A stretch of DNA of 64,000 nt from Minisyncoccota bacterium (GCA_041666305.1 JBAYHD010000002.1:684-64683); one strand, 5' to 3'; shown: positions 43,216 to 53,772, counted from the first letter of the stretch. Notes: generated by a model from the letters alone, not told the origin. Program-made: numbers and translations.

Positions 43216-43485
43216 ATGGACGAATTCCTGAAGATGGATATTTTCTTTTTTGTGGCGACCGTTGCGGTCGTTGTGCTCGCATTCTTTACGGCATACGTCC
43301 TGTGGCGGTTACAGCGAGTGCTGAAAAATATCGAGCATATTTCAGAGCAAGTCGCGCTCGAGAGCGACATTGTCCGGCAAGATATTGCGGAGATGCGGAG
43401 CGACATCCGGCACGGCAAAAGCCGTCTGAAATCGCTGTTCGGCTTCCTAGGAAAGCTTGGGAAACGAGCGACGAAAAAATCTTAA
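43216..43485 (+). CDS. small hypothetical membrane protein
   Basis: one TM helix then charged coiled region. Confidence 0.3.
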   Translation: MDEFLKMDIFFFVATVAVVVLAFFTAYVLWRLQRVLKNIEHISEQVALESDIVRQDIAEMRSDIRHGKSRLKSLFGFLGKLGKRATKKS

Positions 43486-43505
43486 TCACTTATTGATACC
43501 TATTT

Positions 43506-43955
43506 ATGGCAAAAGCAAAAAAGACGAACAAAGGGAAAATCGCGGCAGAAATTGGAGTAGGATTGGCTGCCGCCGGCGCCGCCGCGGCTGCGGGCTATTA
43601 TTTTTATGCCAGTAAGTCGGCAAAGAAACATCGCAAGATCGCTGCGAAGTGGGCGAATGACCTGAAGAAGAAAGTGGTGCAGGAAGCGAAACGGCTCGAC
43701 AAAGTCGATCCGAAGAAAGTCGAGAAAGTCATCGATAGCGTTGTCGGCACCTATCGCGGGCTTCGCTCGGTCAATAAGGTGGATATCAAACGTGCGGCGA
43801 CGGAGCTGAAATCAAACTGGAAGCTGGTTGCGCAGGAAGCGCAGAAAACCGCACGCAAGGGTGCATCGCATGCAAAAGTGGTAGGGAAGCGCGTACTCGC
43901 CCGAAGTAAAAAGACAGTGAAGAAGATCGTGAAGAAAGCTCGGAAAAGCCGTTAG
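43506..43955 (+). CDS. hypothetical Lys-rich membrane-anchored protein
   Basis: N-terminal hydrophobic GVGLAAAGAAAAAGYYFY then K-rich coiled region. Confidence 0.4.
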   Translation: MAKAKKTNKGKIAAEIGVGLAAAGAAAAAGYYFYASKSAKKHRKIAAKWANDLKKKVVQEAKRLDKVDPKKVEKVIDSVVGTYRGLRSVNKVDIKRAATELKSNWKLVAQEAQKTARKGASHAKVVGKRVLARSKKTVKKIVKKARKSR

Positions 43956-43984
43956 ACTCATTTTCCGCGTGCTATCGTGCTTCT

Positions 43985-45049
43985 ATGGATTTCCTGTATC
44001 GTCATGCCCTAAAGCCGATCCTTTTCAAATTTCATCCGGACTTGATGCATGACGTGTTCGTTACCACCGGCGAATTCTTTGGGCGCTTTGCATTGACCCG
44101 GAAACTTTTCGCGCTCATGTACGGCTATCACGGTCCGGACATCAGCAAAACAGTAGATGGTATGATATATCATACCCCCGTGCTACTTTCTGCCGGCTTC
44201 GACTCGGACGGACGGCTCACGCAGATATTGCCGTCGCTCTCCTTCGGCGGCGAAGAAATAGGCTCAACGACCGCCCATCCCTGCGAGGGCAATCCGCGCC
44301 CGCGGATGACGCGGCTCATTCGCAACAAGAGCATCATAGTTTTCAAAGGTCTCCGCAATCGTGGTGTGGATGCGCTCATTACACGGTTGAAGCATACGCC
44401 GCGCGTTCCCGGCTTCGTTATCGGTATTTCGATCGCGCGCACCAACGAACAAGCTGCCGCTACTGATGTGGAAGCGGGAATACATGACTACGTCGAGACG
44501 TTTAGAAAATTGAATGCGACTGGCACCGGCGACTACTACACCATCAATATTTCCTGCCCGAATTCTTTTACCGGCGAGACCTTCATCGAGCCGGCGCTTC
44601 TTGCGCGCCTTCTGCCGCGCTTGCGGGAGATACCGTGCGAGAAGCCTGTGTACCTTAAGATGCCCATCAATATTCCATGGGAGCAATTTGAGCAACTGCT
44701 CGATATCGCCGACAAAAACGGCATACAAGGCGTTATCATCGGGAACTTAAATAAAGACTACAGCCACCTGAAACATCCGGAAGATGCGCCAAAGGAATTT
44801 CGCGGCGGTCTGTCTGGACATCCGACTTTCAAGCTTTCCAATGAACTCATCAAGAAAACACGCGAAAAATACAGTACGCGATTCACTATCATCGGCACCG
44901 GTGGCATTTTCACCCCCGACGACGCGATGGCAAAATTCGCCGCGGGTGCCGACCTCGTCCAGCTTGTTTCCGGCATGATCTTCGAAGGTCCGGGGCTCAT
45001 AAAAAAAATATGCGAAAAATATGCGGCCGGTTTGACTCATCTCGGCTAA
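43985..45049 (+). CDS. pyrD: dihydroorotate dehydrogenase family protein (class 2-like)
   Basis: GFDSDG, GSTTAHPCEGNPRPR, C-terminal GTGGIFT flavin/substrate motifs. Confidence 0.7.
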   Translation: MDFLYRHALKPILFKFHPDLMHDVFVTTGEFFGRFALTRKLFALMYGYHGPDISKTVDGMIYHTPVLLSAGFDSDGRLTQILPSLSFGGEEIGSTTAHPCEGNPRPRMTRLIRNKSIIVFKGLRNRGVDALITRLKHTPRVPGFVIGISIARTNEQAAATDVEAGIHDYVETFRKLNATGTGDYYTINISCPNSFTGETFIEPALLARLLPRLREIPCEKPVYLKMPINIPWEQFEQLLDIADKNGIQGVIIGNLNKDYSHLKHPEDAPKEFRGGLSGHPTFKLSNELIKKTREKYSTRFTIIGTGGIFTPDDAMAKFAAGADLVQLVSGMIFEGPGLIKKICEKYAAGLTHLG

Positions 45050-45059
45050 TCAACTAGAT

Positions 45060-45815
45060 TTGACCTCGGACCGACTCATCATGAGTCGGAAATTCTTTAA
45101 CGTTTTAGACGAGGGAGGAAGAATGATCGAAATCCAACGTGCGATCGAAAAGATCGAGGAAGATGGCGTGGCCGGGTTCTGGTACGCCAAGGAAGTACTG
45201 GGCGACAAGGCAGCCTTTTTCGTCCTTGTAGAATGTCTCCGTCGCAAGAAGATCGCTGAGAACGGAGGACGAACCTCAGAAACTAGACCTTTGGTGAACG
45301 GCCTGCTTCACGACCAACTGAAAGCTGTGTATTCCGTTTTCTCACAGAATCCAGCGCTGTTCTACTCAAAGCGGTGGTACTGTTTCGATAACTTCTCCGC
45401 GTTCACGGTCTATTGGCGCGGACTCTTTTGTCCGACCGCCGAGCATGCGTACCAGGCAGGGAAGTATATCGACAGCAGCGGCTTCATTCTGGAAACGGGC
45501 AGTCCGCAGCCGATCGCGGACATCATTCGCTGTGCGCCTTCGCCTCATGAGGCGAAGAAGTTGGCGAGATCTGATCGATTCAAACCGTACGTCCGCAAGG
45601 ATTGGGACGAATCGGTAAAGCTCGCGGTGATGGAAGAAGTGTTGCGCGCGAAGCTCGCGCAACACGAGTATGTTCGCAGCGAACTCGTTGCGAGCCGGAG
45701 TATGTTGCTCGTGGAAGATTCAAATAAGGATTCGTTCTGGGGACGCGGCGAATTCTGGACTGGAGAAAATCACCGGGGACGTATCTGGATGAAGCTCCGC
45801 GACGAATTACCCTGA
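45060..45815 (+). CDS. NADAR (YbiA-like, DUF1768) domain protein with ~100-aa N-terminal extension
   Basis: FCPTAEHAYQAGKY and DSFWGRGEFWTGENHRGRIWMKLR NADAR motifs. Confidence 0.55.
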   Translation: MTSDRLIMSRKFFNVLDEGGRMIEIQRAIEKIEEDGVAGFWYAKEVLGDKAAFFVLVECLRRKKIAENGGRTSETRPLVNGLLHDQLKAVYSVFSQNPALFYSKRWYCFDNFSAFTVYWRGLFCPTAEHAYQAGKYIDSSGFILETGSPQPIADIIRCAPSPHEAKKLARSDRFKPYVRKDWDESVKLAVMEEVLRAKLAQHEYVRSELVASRSMLLVEDSNKDSFWGRGEFWTGENHRGRIWMKLRDELP

Positions 45816-45831
45816 TATCGCGCCTTCGTGA

Positions 45832-45878
45832 TGCCTCGCATTCGGCCATTTTGGCGGATGCGAGGCGTTTATTTTTTA
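45832..45878 (+). terminator. rho-independent terminator
   Basis: gcctcgcattcggcc...ggcggatgcgaggcg then TTTATTTTTT. Confidence 0.6.
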
Positions 45879-45893
45879 TGGTATCGTAGGCAC

Positions 45894-46853
45894 ATGAGCG
45901 ACTCACGACCCGTTCTCGTTTCCGGCATCAAACCGACCGGCGACCTGCACATCGGCAATTATTTCGGCGCGATGCGCCAATTCGTTGACCTCACGAAGGC
46001 GGGGAAGTATCGTCCCTTTATTTTCGTCGCCGACTACCACGCACTCAATTCCATCCAAGACGCCGAAGAGATGCACCGACGTACGCGCGAGATAGTGATG
46101 GCGTACATCGCTATCGGGCTCGATCCGAAAGACGTCACTTTTTTCAAACAGTCGGATGTTCCGGCCCACACGGAGCTCTGTTGGATTTTTGACACCATCA
46201 CTACGATGCCGTACCTCATGCGCGCGCACGCATACAAGGACGCCGTCGCGAAAGATGCTGAGATAAACGTCGGGACATTCAATTACCCGATGCTGATGGC
46301 GGCCGACATACTTCTTTACGATGCCGCCATCGTACCGGTCGGTGCCGACCAAAAACAACACATTGAGTACGCGCGCGACACAGCCGAGAAATTCAATCGC
46401 GTTTTTAAAGAGGACGTATTCAAACTTCCGGAGCCGTACATCATGCCGAACGTTGCGGTTGTGCCCGGTACCGATGGTCAAAAGATGAGCAAGAGCTACC
46501 GGAACGTGATTCCTCTTTTTGCATCGCACGACGAACTCTCAAAAGCCGTTATGAGTATCGTCACCGACTCTTCCGGCGAACGTCCAGAAAATGTGTTTGC
46601 CATTCACACACTCGTAAAAGATGCCGGCGAGCTCGGACTTCTATATGAAGAGCATCGCGGCAACTACAAAATGCTGAAGGAGACTCTTATCGATGATCTT
46701 GAACGCTATTTTGCGCCGATGCGAGCGAAGTATGAAGAACTCAAACAAGACTCCGGCATCGTGGACGATGTACTCGCGAAAGGGAAGCTCGAAGCCCGCG
46801 CGATCAGCGAGTCGAAGATGGAAGAGGTGCGCCGCGCTATCGGCGTCGCCTAA
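45894..46853 (+). CDS. trpS: tryptophanyl-tRNA synthetase
   Basis: GDLHIGNYFGA (TIGN-type), KMSKS, 319 aa from MSDSRPV; TGGTATCGT 6 nt upstream (leaderless). Confidence 0.85.
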   Translation: MSDSRPVLVSGIKPTGDLHIGNYFGAMRQFVDLTKAGKYRPFIFVADYHALNSIQDAEEMHRRTREIVMAYIAIGLDPKDVTFFKQSDVPAHTELCWIFDTITTMPYLMRAHAYKDAVAKDAEINVGTFNYPMLMAADILLYDAAIVPVGADQKQHIEYARDTAEKFNRVFKEDVFKLPEPYIMPNVAVVPGTDGQKMSKSYRNVIPLFASHDELSKAVMSIVTDSSGERPENVFAIHTLVKDAGELGLLYEEHRGNYKMLKETLIDDLERYFAPMRAKYEELKQDSGIVDDVLAKGKLEARAISESKMEEVRRAIGVA

Positions 46854-47024
46854 AAAGGACGATTTTACGGCCTAAAATGAGAACATCATTTGGTCGTTTG
46901 ATACATATTGACAATATATAGGGTGTATGTTTAGATGGGCGCCAGAGCCATATTTATGGCAAACCTCGCCGCGAGGCCTGAGCGGAGAAGTAAATTGAAA
47001 TACCTATAACCAAGATAAGGAGAA

Positions 47025-47582
47025 GTGTATATGTTAGCTACTAGCACGTTAGGGTGGATCCTCTTCGGGTCCATGGTATTTCTCATCGCGAGCGCCCTGT
47101 TAGGGGGTCATCACGATATGGATACCAGCGGTCACGACATGGGTGGTGGAGACGTAGATGGGAGTACCCATCACGGCGTCACAACCTCTGAGCTATTCAA
47201 CCTCCGCAATCTTGCGCTACTCGCTGTCGGCTTCAGTGCCTTCAGCATCATCGCGAGAAATGTTGGCGTTGGAGAACTCGAAACGAACCTCGCTGGCGTC
47301 GCTGGCGCGGTCGTCATGTTCTTCGTCGGTGTTTACTTCTTCCGGATGATCCGGAAACAGGAAGGAAACTCCATCACGAGCAGTACCGATCTCGTCGGCA
47401 AAACTGCAGTTGTTACCGTCGGCATCCCGTCAAACGGATACGGCGAAATAGCGCTACAGAATACCTTGGGCGCAGCAACTAGCCTGACCGCGAAAACGGT
47501 AGGCGTTGCGATCGCACAAGGGTCGGAAGTACGTATTACCGCAGTATCGGGCAACACCGCAACAGTCAACCTGGCCGCTTAG
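47025..47582 (+). CDS. NfeD-like membrane protein with C-terminal OB-fold
   Basis: N-terminal TM helices, C-terminal VGKTAVVTVGI...GSEVRITAVSGNTATV OB-fold; AAGGAG RBS; upstream of flotillin. Confidence 0.6.
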   Translation: MYMLATSTLGWILFGSMVFLIASALLGGHHDMDTSGHDMGGGDVDGSTHHGVTTSELFNLRNLALLAVGFSAFSIIARNVGVGELETNLAGVAGAVVMFFVGVYFFRMIRKQEGNSITSSTDLVGKTAVVTVGIPSNGYGEIALQNTLGAATSLTAKTVGVAIAQGSEVRITAVSGNTATVNLAA

Positions 47583-47605
47583 GCCTCAACCACGGGAGAA
47601 AAGAA

Positions 47606-49360
47606 ATGGAATTGTCAATGCTACTTGGTACGGGCGGGGTCATACTCGCCCTCATCGCTGCCTTCTTCGTGTTGGTAGCGATTGTTTCGAGGTACTACAA
47701 GAAGGTACCGCCAAACTCCGTTGCCGTCATCACCGGCCGTACCCACAAGGTGAAGGTGCGCGATGCCAGTGGTGCCGAACAGACGATCGAGCGCGGCTTC
47801 CGCTACGTCTCGGGCGGGGGATTCCTCCTCGTCCCGATCGTCGAGGAAATGGAGGAAATGTCGCTCACGGTCATCCCTACCGAAGTTTCGGTGAATGATG
47901 TACCGGATAAGAACGGCGCATTGGTTAGCGTGGATGGCATTGCCAATATCAAGGTGATGTCGACCGATAATCTGTTGCCGCTCGCGATCGAACGTTTCCT
48001 CGGCAAGACCCCCGAGCAAATCAAGGCGACGTGCTATATGACGCTCGAGGGCAACCTCCGCGGTGTTATCGGCACGCTGGCCATTGAAGAGCTTCTGCGG
48101 GATCGCGAAAAGTTCCAATCGTCCGTGATGGGCGAAGCCGGCATCGACCTCAACAAGATGGGTATCGGCGTCGACACATTCAAGATCAAGTCCATCACCG
48201 ATACCAGGAACTACATCAACTCGCTCGGCAAGAAACAAACGGCCGACATCGTTCGCGATGCAACCATCGGCGAGGCCAATGCGAAACGTGATTCCGACAA
48301 GCAGTCGGCAGAAGCGCGACAAATTGGCGAAACAGCTCAGGCGCAAGCCACGAAAAATATCTCGGACGCCAACCGCGACCGCGATATGGCAATCGCCGAC
48401 AACGAAGCGCAGATCAAAGCCAGACAGGCCCAGATCCCCATCGCGGCAGAAATCGCAGCAGCAAATCGTACCAAAGAGCTCAATACAGCCACCGTCGATG
48501 CCGAAAAGGCAAAGGTCACGGCTGGAATTGCGCTCCAGGAAGAAGAACGTAAGCGAAACGAAGCGCAACTGAACGCGACAACGATCGTCACTGCCGAGAA
48601 GAACAGAGAAGCGCTCGTCATCGCAGCCGATGCGAAAGCAAAAGCGGCAGAACGTGACGGTGAAGCGGAACGTATCCTGAAAGAAAAACAAGGTCTGGCT
48701 CAACAGGCCAAGGATACGGGCGATGCGGCCGGTCGCAAGGCCATCGCATCGGCGGTTCAAGCCGAAATGGAAGCCAATGCTGCCGGTGAGAAAGCAACCC
48801 TGCTGGCGAAAGCCGCCGGTAAGGAAGCTGACTTGCTTGCGGCTGCAGCTGGTACCAAGGCCGAGAAGCTCGCTATCGCCGAAGGTCTGCGTCAGTACTT
48901 GCTGGCCGAAGCCGAAGGCGCGCTCAAGAAAGCTGAAGCGTTCAAGGCGCTCGACGAAGGCGGACGATTCCTGATGATTCTGAATGCCTTGCCGCCGATT
49001 ATCGAAGCGCTTGGTGTTGCCGCTGAAAAAGCGTTGACGCCGGCAGCGGAAGCGATCGGTGACGGTCTCGCGAACGTCAAGGAACTGCGGATCATCGACA
49101 TGGGTGGCTCAAGTGCTGGCACAGCGGGCGGCAAAAACGTCCTCGGCCAGTTCGTGAATCTTCCCGTTGAGACGATCTACGGTCTCGTCAACAAGCTCAA
49201 GGCCTCCGGCATGATGCCGTTGGTCGAAGGGCTTGCGAAGAAGTACGGTTTTGACCTCAATCAGTTGATGGCAAGTTTGCCGGCCAATGTACCGGCCGTG
49301 GCAAGCGCGCCTGATGCCGCAGCACCTGCGGCCAGCGCGTCTGCCGAGACCAAAGACTGA
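47606..49360 (+). CDS. flotillin-like SPFH/band-7 protein with long Ala/Glu/Lys-rich coiled coil
   Basis: N-terminal TM, SPFH domain, extended EA-repeat coiled coil; GGAGAAAAG RBS. Confidence 0.8.
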   Translation: MELSMLLGTGGVILALIAAFFVLVAIVSRYYKKVPPNSVAVITGRTHKVKVRDASGAEQTIERGFRYVSGGGFLLVPIVEEMEEMSLTVIPTEVSVNDVPDKNGALVSVDGIANIKVMSTDNLLPLAIERFLGKTPEQIKATCYMTLEGNLRGVIGTLAIEELLRDREKFQSSVMGEAGIDLNKMGIGVDTFKIKSITDTRNYINSLGKKQTADIVRDATIGEANAKRDSDKQSAEARQIGETAQAQATKNISDANRDRDMAIADNEAQIKARQAQIPIAAEIAAANRTKELNTATVDAEKAKVTAGIALQEEERKRNEAQLNATTIVTAEKNREALVIAADAKAKAAERDGEAERILKEKQGLAQQAKDTGDAAGRKAIASAVQAEMEANAAGEKATLLAKAAGKEADLLAAAAGTKAEKLAIAEGLRQYLLAEAEGALKKAEAFKALDEGGRFLMILNALPPIIEALGVAAEKALTPAAEAIGDGLANVKELRIIDMGGSSAGTAGGKNVLGQFVNLPVETIYGLVNKLKASGMMPLVEGLAKKYGFDLNQLMASLPANVPAVASAPDAAAPAASASAETKD

Positions 49361-49395
49361 CGTAACAAGACGTCCTTTCACTGCTCATTCATGAG

Positions 49396-49429
49396 CCTCG
49401 CCGCGCTAACCCCGCGGCGAGTTTTTTTA
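49396..49429 (+). terminator. rho-independent terminator
   Basis: cctcgccgcg-ctaacc-ccgcggcgag then TTTTTTTA. Confidence 0.7.
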
Positions 49430-49543
49430 TTGGCGCCCGTCTGGAGATTGTATTATTTATAAGGACCGTATTCTAATTAATAGCTTGGAAACAGGCTGTT
49501 AAATGGGCTGGGTGTTCCCAAGTTATTGAACCATTACGAGAGC

Positions 49544-49572
49544 TTGACTTTCTTATATATATGGTGTATGCT
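49544..49572 (+). promoter_or_regulatory. sigma70-type promoter TTGACT -17- TATGCT
   Basis: -35 49544-49549, -10 49567-49572; gene start 49633. Confidence 0.5.
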
Positions 49573-49632
49573 GGAGAGAGGTGAAAGTTCGCCTATTTAT
49601 AGGCTTTTCCAACTGAAATCAAGGAGAGATTC

Positions 49633-50070
49633 ATGTTTTCGAAACAAGGAATATTCGCAGCCGTATTCGCCAATTTCAACTCCAGACTCGACCAAAGAGA
49701 AATGAGGATGGTCGAAACGTCGAACGGATTTGACGTGCAAACCGCAGTTGAGTACCGTGCCGACAATGTGTGGAGGCGTGGCGTCATCGCAGCAATCGGC
49801 GAAAACGCAAAACGGAGAATGGATGATTCCATCATCACAGCGTTTTTGGTGGCAGACAAGGACAACGATATCGTCCTGAAAACCATCGACGAGCTCCGCC
49901 ATGTTCCGGAAAGTGGCCTCCCTCCACTCTGGGTGGAAGCCTTGCGCAAGGGCTGGAAAATTCTGCCTTGCTCATGCGAGTGCGGTGGCAAATACGTCTG
50001 GCAAAAACCACGACCGAGTGGCGTTCATGAAAACTTCGGTTGTGTGTGCCATAACGATCCGCAGCCGTAA
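49633..50070 (+). CDS. hypothetical Cys-rich small protein
   Basis: aaggagagattc RBS; C-terminal CSCECGG...CVCHND. Confidence 0.4.
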   Translation: MFSKQGIFAAVFANFNSRLDQREMRMVETSNGFDVQTAVEYRADNVWRRGVIAAIGENAKRRMDDSIITAFLVADKDNDIVLKTIDELRHVPESGLPPLWVEALRKGWKILPCSCECGGKYVWQKPRPSGVHENFGCVCHNDPQP

Positions 50071-50163
50071 GCTGATCAAGCCGCCCGCCGGAAGAAATTC
50101 TTTCCGCCGGGCGGTTTTTGTTTGCTCACTTTATTGGATAAATGTGCTATTTTATACATTAAT

Positions 50164-51552
50164 ATGGAGCGCACACTTATCGGGGAGCTGGGGAAACACG
50201 TGGGCGAAACGGTCTCGATTTCGGGCTGGGTGGACGTGCGCCGTGACCAGGGGAAAATGGTCTTTTTTGATTTCCGCGACCGTTCCGGAATCGTGCAGGG
50301 CGTCGTTCTTCCCGGAAGCCCCGCGATGGAAGCCGCAAAAGATATCCGCAACGAATACGTGGTTCGTGTGGAAGGCATCATCAATAAGCGTCCGGAAAAA
50401 AATGCTCAAGCTGATCGTCTAAACGGCGACATTGAACTTGAAGTGAAGGGCATTGAAATTTTGAATCCTTCGGACGCAATGCCTTTTGATATTTCAAATG
50501 ACACCAGTGGCATTGATGAGAGCGTCCGTGCCGAATACCGCTATTTGGATCTGCGTTCTAAACGGATGCAGAAGAATATGAAGATTAGGAGCGAATTCAT
50601 TCGTCGCTGTCGCGAATATCTTTTCGCCCACGATTTTACCGAGATAGAGACGCCGCTTCTCACTGAATCTACTCCTGAGGGCTCGCGTGATTTCGTGGTA
50701 CCTTCGCGGCTTAATCCGGGAAAGTTCTATGCGCTTCCGCAGTCACCCCAACAGTACAAACAGCTTCTCATGACCGCCGGATTTGAGCGCTATTTTCAAA
50801 TAGCACGTGCGGTGCGCGACGAAGACTTGCGTGCCGATCGCGGTTTCGAACACACCCAAGTCGATATCGAGATGTCATTCGTGACGATGGAAGACGTGAT
50901 GGCGGCAGTGGAAGATATGGTGACCACCGTTGTAGAAGCGATGGGCCATACCATCAAACAAAAGCCGTTCCCGCGCATTTCGTACAAAGACGCGATGGAA
51001 AAGTATGGCGCCGACAAATTTGATATGCGCACCGACGACGATAAGCTCAAGGGCGTACTCGCGTACGCATGGGTCGTGAATTTCCCGTTCTTTGAAAAAA
51101 CGGATGAGGGCGGATGGACCTTCACCCACAATCCGTTCTCGATGCCCATCCCCGAACATCTCGACTGGCTTCTAAAAGGCGAACATATTCCCGACATTCT
51201 TACGACGCAATACGACCTCGTCTGCAACGGCTTTGAATCCGGCGGCGGCTCAATCCGCGCGCATAAGCCGGAGATACTTGAGGCGGTCTACAAAGTGATG
51301 GGCTTTAGTAACGAAGATTTGCAGGAGCGCATCGGACACATGCTCCGCGCATTCAAATTGGGCACACCGCCGCACGGTGGCATTGCGCTCGGCGTGGAAC
51401 GCAACATTATGAATCTCACCGGCGAAACGATGCTGCGCGAAGTGCAGGCATTCCCGATGACCCGCGGCGGCCAGACGGCAGTAATGAACGCACCGAAACC
51501 ATTGACCGATAAACAGCTCAAAGAACTCGGACTCAAGATCGACAAAAAATAA
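50164..51552 (+). CDS. aspS: aspartyl-tRNA synthetase, compact type without GAD insertion
   Basis: class II motifs (FYALPQSPQQYKQLLM, GGSIRAH, GTPPHGGIALGVERN); start ATG 50164 (MERTLIGELGKH). Confidence 0.85.
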   Translation: MERTLIGELGKHVGETVSISGWVDVRRDQGKMVFFDFRDRSGIVQGVVLPGSPAMEAAKDIRNEYVVRVEGIINKRPEKNAQADRLNGDIELEVKGIEILNPSDAMPFDISNDTSGIDESVRAEYRYLDLRSKRMQKNMKIRSEFIRRCREYLFAHDFTEIETPLLTESTPEGSRDFVVPSRLNPGKFYALPQSPQQYKQLLMTAGFERYFQIARAVRDEDLRADRGFEHTQVDIEMSFVTMEDVMAAVEDMVTTVVEAMGHTIKQKPFPRISYKDAMEKYGADKFDMRTDDDKLKGVLAYAWVVNFPFFEKTDEGGWTFTHNPFSMPIPEHLDWLLKGEHIPDILTTQYDLVCNGFESGGGSIRAHKPEILEAVYKVMGFSNEDLQERIGHMLRAFKLGTPPHGGIALGVERNIMNLTGETMLREVQAFPMTRGGQTAVMNAPKPLTDKQLKELGLKIDKK

Positions 51553-51555
51553 CCA

Positions 51556-52992
51556 ATGAACATACTCCTTAAAAAAGGAACCGGAGCGAGCGTCCCGAAA
51601 GGGTACGTGCGCATACGGATAACGGAAGAGTCAAAAGGCACGAAGCGTCTCGTGAAAGAGCAGGGGATAGAAACGCTTGAGCTTGGCGCGGGGAAATATG
51701 CAGAAATGAACATGCGCAGGTTCATAGTGCTTTGTCGTTCCCTGGTGCAGTCGGCAAAAAAGAACAAGCTCAAAAAAATCGCAATTCAATTCGATGATAC
51801 GGTGCAACTGTTCAAGAAACTCAAGGGCGTACCGCCAGAAGAACTCATACAACTTGCGGCCGAAAATTTCGAGATGGCGAATTTCGAATTCAATATATTC
51901 AAAACGAAACCAAAAGAAGGCTGGCACGCAGTGGAAGAAATACTTTTATACGGACGTTCATCTGCAGCGCTTGAAAAAGCATTGCGAAAGGGGCAGGAGA
52001 TCGGAAAAGCGGTGAACGCCTGCCGCACGCTCGCAAACACTCCCGGCGGCGACATGACCCCGGCTTTACTCGCAAAATCCGCGAAGAGCGCGATGAAAGG
52101 CCTGCCGGTCAAAGTAACCACCCTCGGCACGAGAGAAATGAAAAAACTCGGTATGGGAGCCCTGCTCGGCGTTGCGAAAGGCTCCACCGAAGCGCCGACG
52201 TTCACCATTTTAGAGTACAAAGGAGGGAAAGGTGCTCCCATTGTGCTTGCGGGAAAGGGCATCACGTTCGATAGTGGAGGGCTCAATTTGAAGCCTTCAA
52301 GCGGAATGTATGAGATGCATATGGATATGTCGGGCGCTGCCGCAGTCATTCATGCGGTAGCACTCGCTGCACGACTGAAACTGAAACGACACGTTATCGG
52401 CCTTATTCCGGCGGCGGAGAATATGCCGGGTAACAATGCCGTCCGCCCGGGCGATGTGTTGAAGTCGCTTTCGGGGAAAACAATTGAAATACTCGACACT
52501 GATGCGGAAGGCAGGCTCATCCTCGCGGACGCGCTCACGTATGCAAAACGATTCAAACCTGCGGTGGTGATCGATGCGGCGACCTTGACCGGAGCAGCGA
52601 TGTCGGCACTCGGACTTCATGCGAGTGCGCTCCTCACGCGCGATGACGCCCTTGCAGAACAGATCTCGCGCGCCGGCGAAGCATCGGGTGATTATGTGTG
52701 GCGATTGCCGCTCTGGGACGAATACGAAGACCGTGTTAAAGGAGAATTCGCCGATATCAAGAATGTCCCCGGCGGTTCCACGAGCCGATACGGCGGTGCG
52801 ATCGACGGCGGGATGTTCCTCTGGCAATTCGCAAAGGAACTTGATTGCCCGTGGGCGCATCTGGATATTGCTCCTCGCATGACTTCCGCGCCGAATGACG
52901 AACTTGCAAAAGGCGCCGCGGGAACGCCGGTGCGACTCCTGATACACTTTATAGAACATGCCCCGTATGATTACTCAACAACAAAGCGATAA
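51556..52992 (+). CDS. pepA: leucyl aminopeptidase (M17)
   Basis: NTPGGDMTP, DTDAEGRL, GAAM motifs. Confidence 0.85.
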   Translation: MNILLKKGTGASVPKGYVRIRITEESKGTKRLVKEQGIETLELGAGKYAEMNMRRFIVLCRSLVQSAKKNKLKKIAIQFDDTVQLFKKLKGVPPEELIQLAAENFEMANFEFNIFKTKPKEGWHAVEEILLYGRSSAALEKALRKGQEIGKAVNACRTLANTPGGDMTPALLAKSAKSAMKGLPVKVTTLGTREMKKLGMGALLGVAKGSTEAPTFTILEYKGGKGAPIVLAGKGITFDSGGLNLKPSSGMYEMHMDMSGAAAVIHAVALAARLKLKRHVIGLIPAAENMPGNNAVRPGDVLKSLSGKTIEILDTDAEGRLILADALTYAKRFKPAVVIDAATLTGAAMSALGLHASALLTRDDALAEQISRAGEASGDYVWRLPLWDEYEDRVKGEFADIKNVPGGSTSRYGGAIDGGMFLWQFAKELDCPWAHLDIAPRMTSAPNDELAKGAAGTPVRLLIHFIEHAPYDYSTTKR

Positions 52993-53048
52993 TATGAGAT
53001 TGTACAGATTACTAGCAACCGCAGTTGAGGCGAATAATCATACGGGGT

Positions 53049-53771
53049 ATGCCGTTCTCCATTAAGACCGACGCATACGAAGGACCGTTCGAGGTTCTGC
53101 TCGACCTCATTGAAGCGCGCAAACTCCTGGTCAACGACCTCACGCTCGCGAATATCACCGAGGATTACATCCAGCACGTGCGTGCGCAGGAAGCATTTCC
53201 GGTCGAAGAAACCGCGAATTTCATACAGATAGCCGCAACGCTTCTTCTCATCAAATCCAAATCGCTCATCCCCGATCTCGCGCTGACCGAGGACGAGAAT
53301 GCGGACGTGGAAGATTTGAAGCGCCGGCTCGCGGCGTACGAAAAAGTGCGCGAAGCGGCGCGCGAACTCTCGCGCATATACGGACGGACGGTAATGGCGG
53401 AAGAAGGTCAGAGGATGCCTGAAGTCGTCTTTGCGCCGTCTAAAGATCTCTCGGTAAAAGCACTCGCCGATGCGCTCGCGCGCGTGCTTGCCGCGCGCGA
53501 GGAGGTGGAAGAACTTCCAGAAGCGCGCGTGAAGCCGCTCGTGACCATTGAAGAAATGATGGATCGACTCGCGAAGCGCGTACAAAGCGCGATGACGCTT
53601 TCCTTCAAAGATTTTGCCGGCGGCCAAAAAGAAAAGATCGAGGTTATTGTCTCTTTCCTGGCTCTTCTAGAACTGGTGAAGCAAGGCGCAGTTGCTGCCG
53701 AACAACGCGATACCTACGGCGACATTCGCATCAGCCACACCGCCTCCACTGTCGTTCCGCGCTATGGATAA
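53049..53771 (+). CDS. scpA: segregation and condensation protein A
   Basis: YEGPFEVLLDLIEARKL N-terminal kleisin motif; start ATG 53049. Confidence 0.8.
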   Translation: MPFSIKTDAYEGPFEVLLDLIEARKLLVNDLTLANITEDYIQHVRAQEAFPVEETANFIQIAATLLLIKSKSLIPDLALTEDENADVEDLKRRLAAYEKVREAARELSRIYGRTVMAEEGQRMPEVVFAPSKDLSVKALADALARVLAAREEVEELPEARVKPLVTIEEMMDRLAKRVQSAMTLSFKDFAGGQKEKIEVIVSFLALLELVKQGAVAAEQRDTYGDIRISHTASTVVPRYG

Positions 53772-53772
53772 T

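Noticed and set aside
47621-48760. 379-aa minus-strand ORF inside the flotillin gene
   Set aside because: Antisense to a well-supported SPFH/coiled-coil gene. The repetitive GC-rich coiled-coil coding sequence keeps the opposite frame open.
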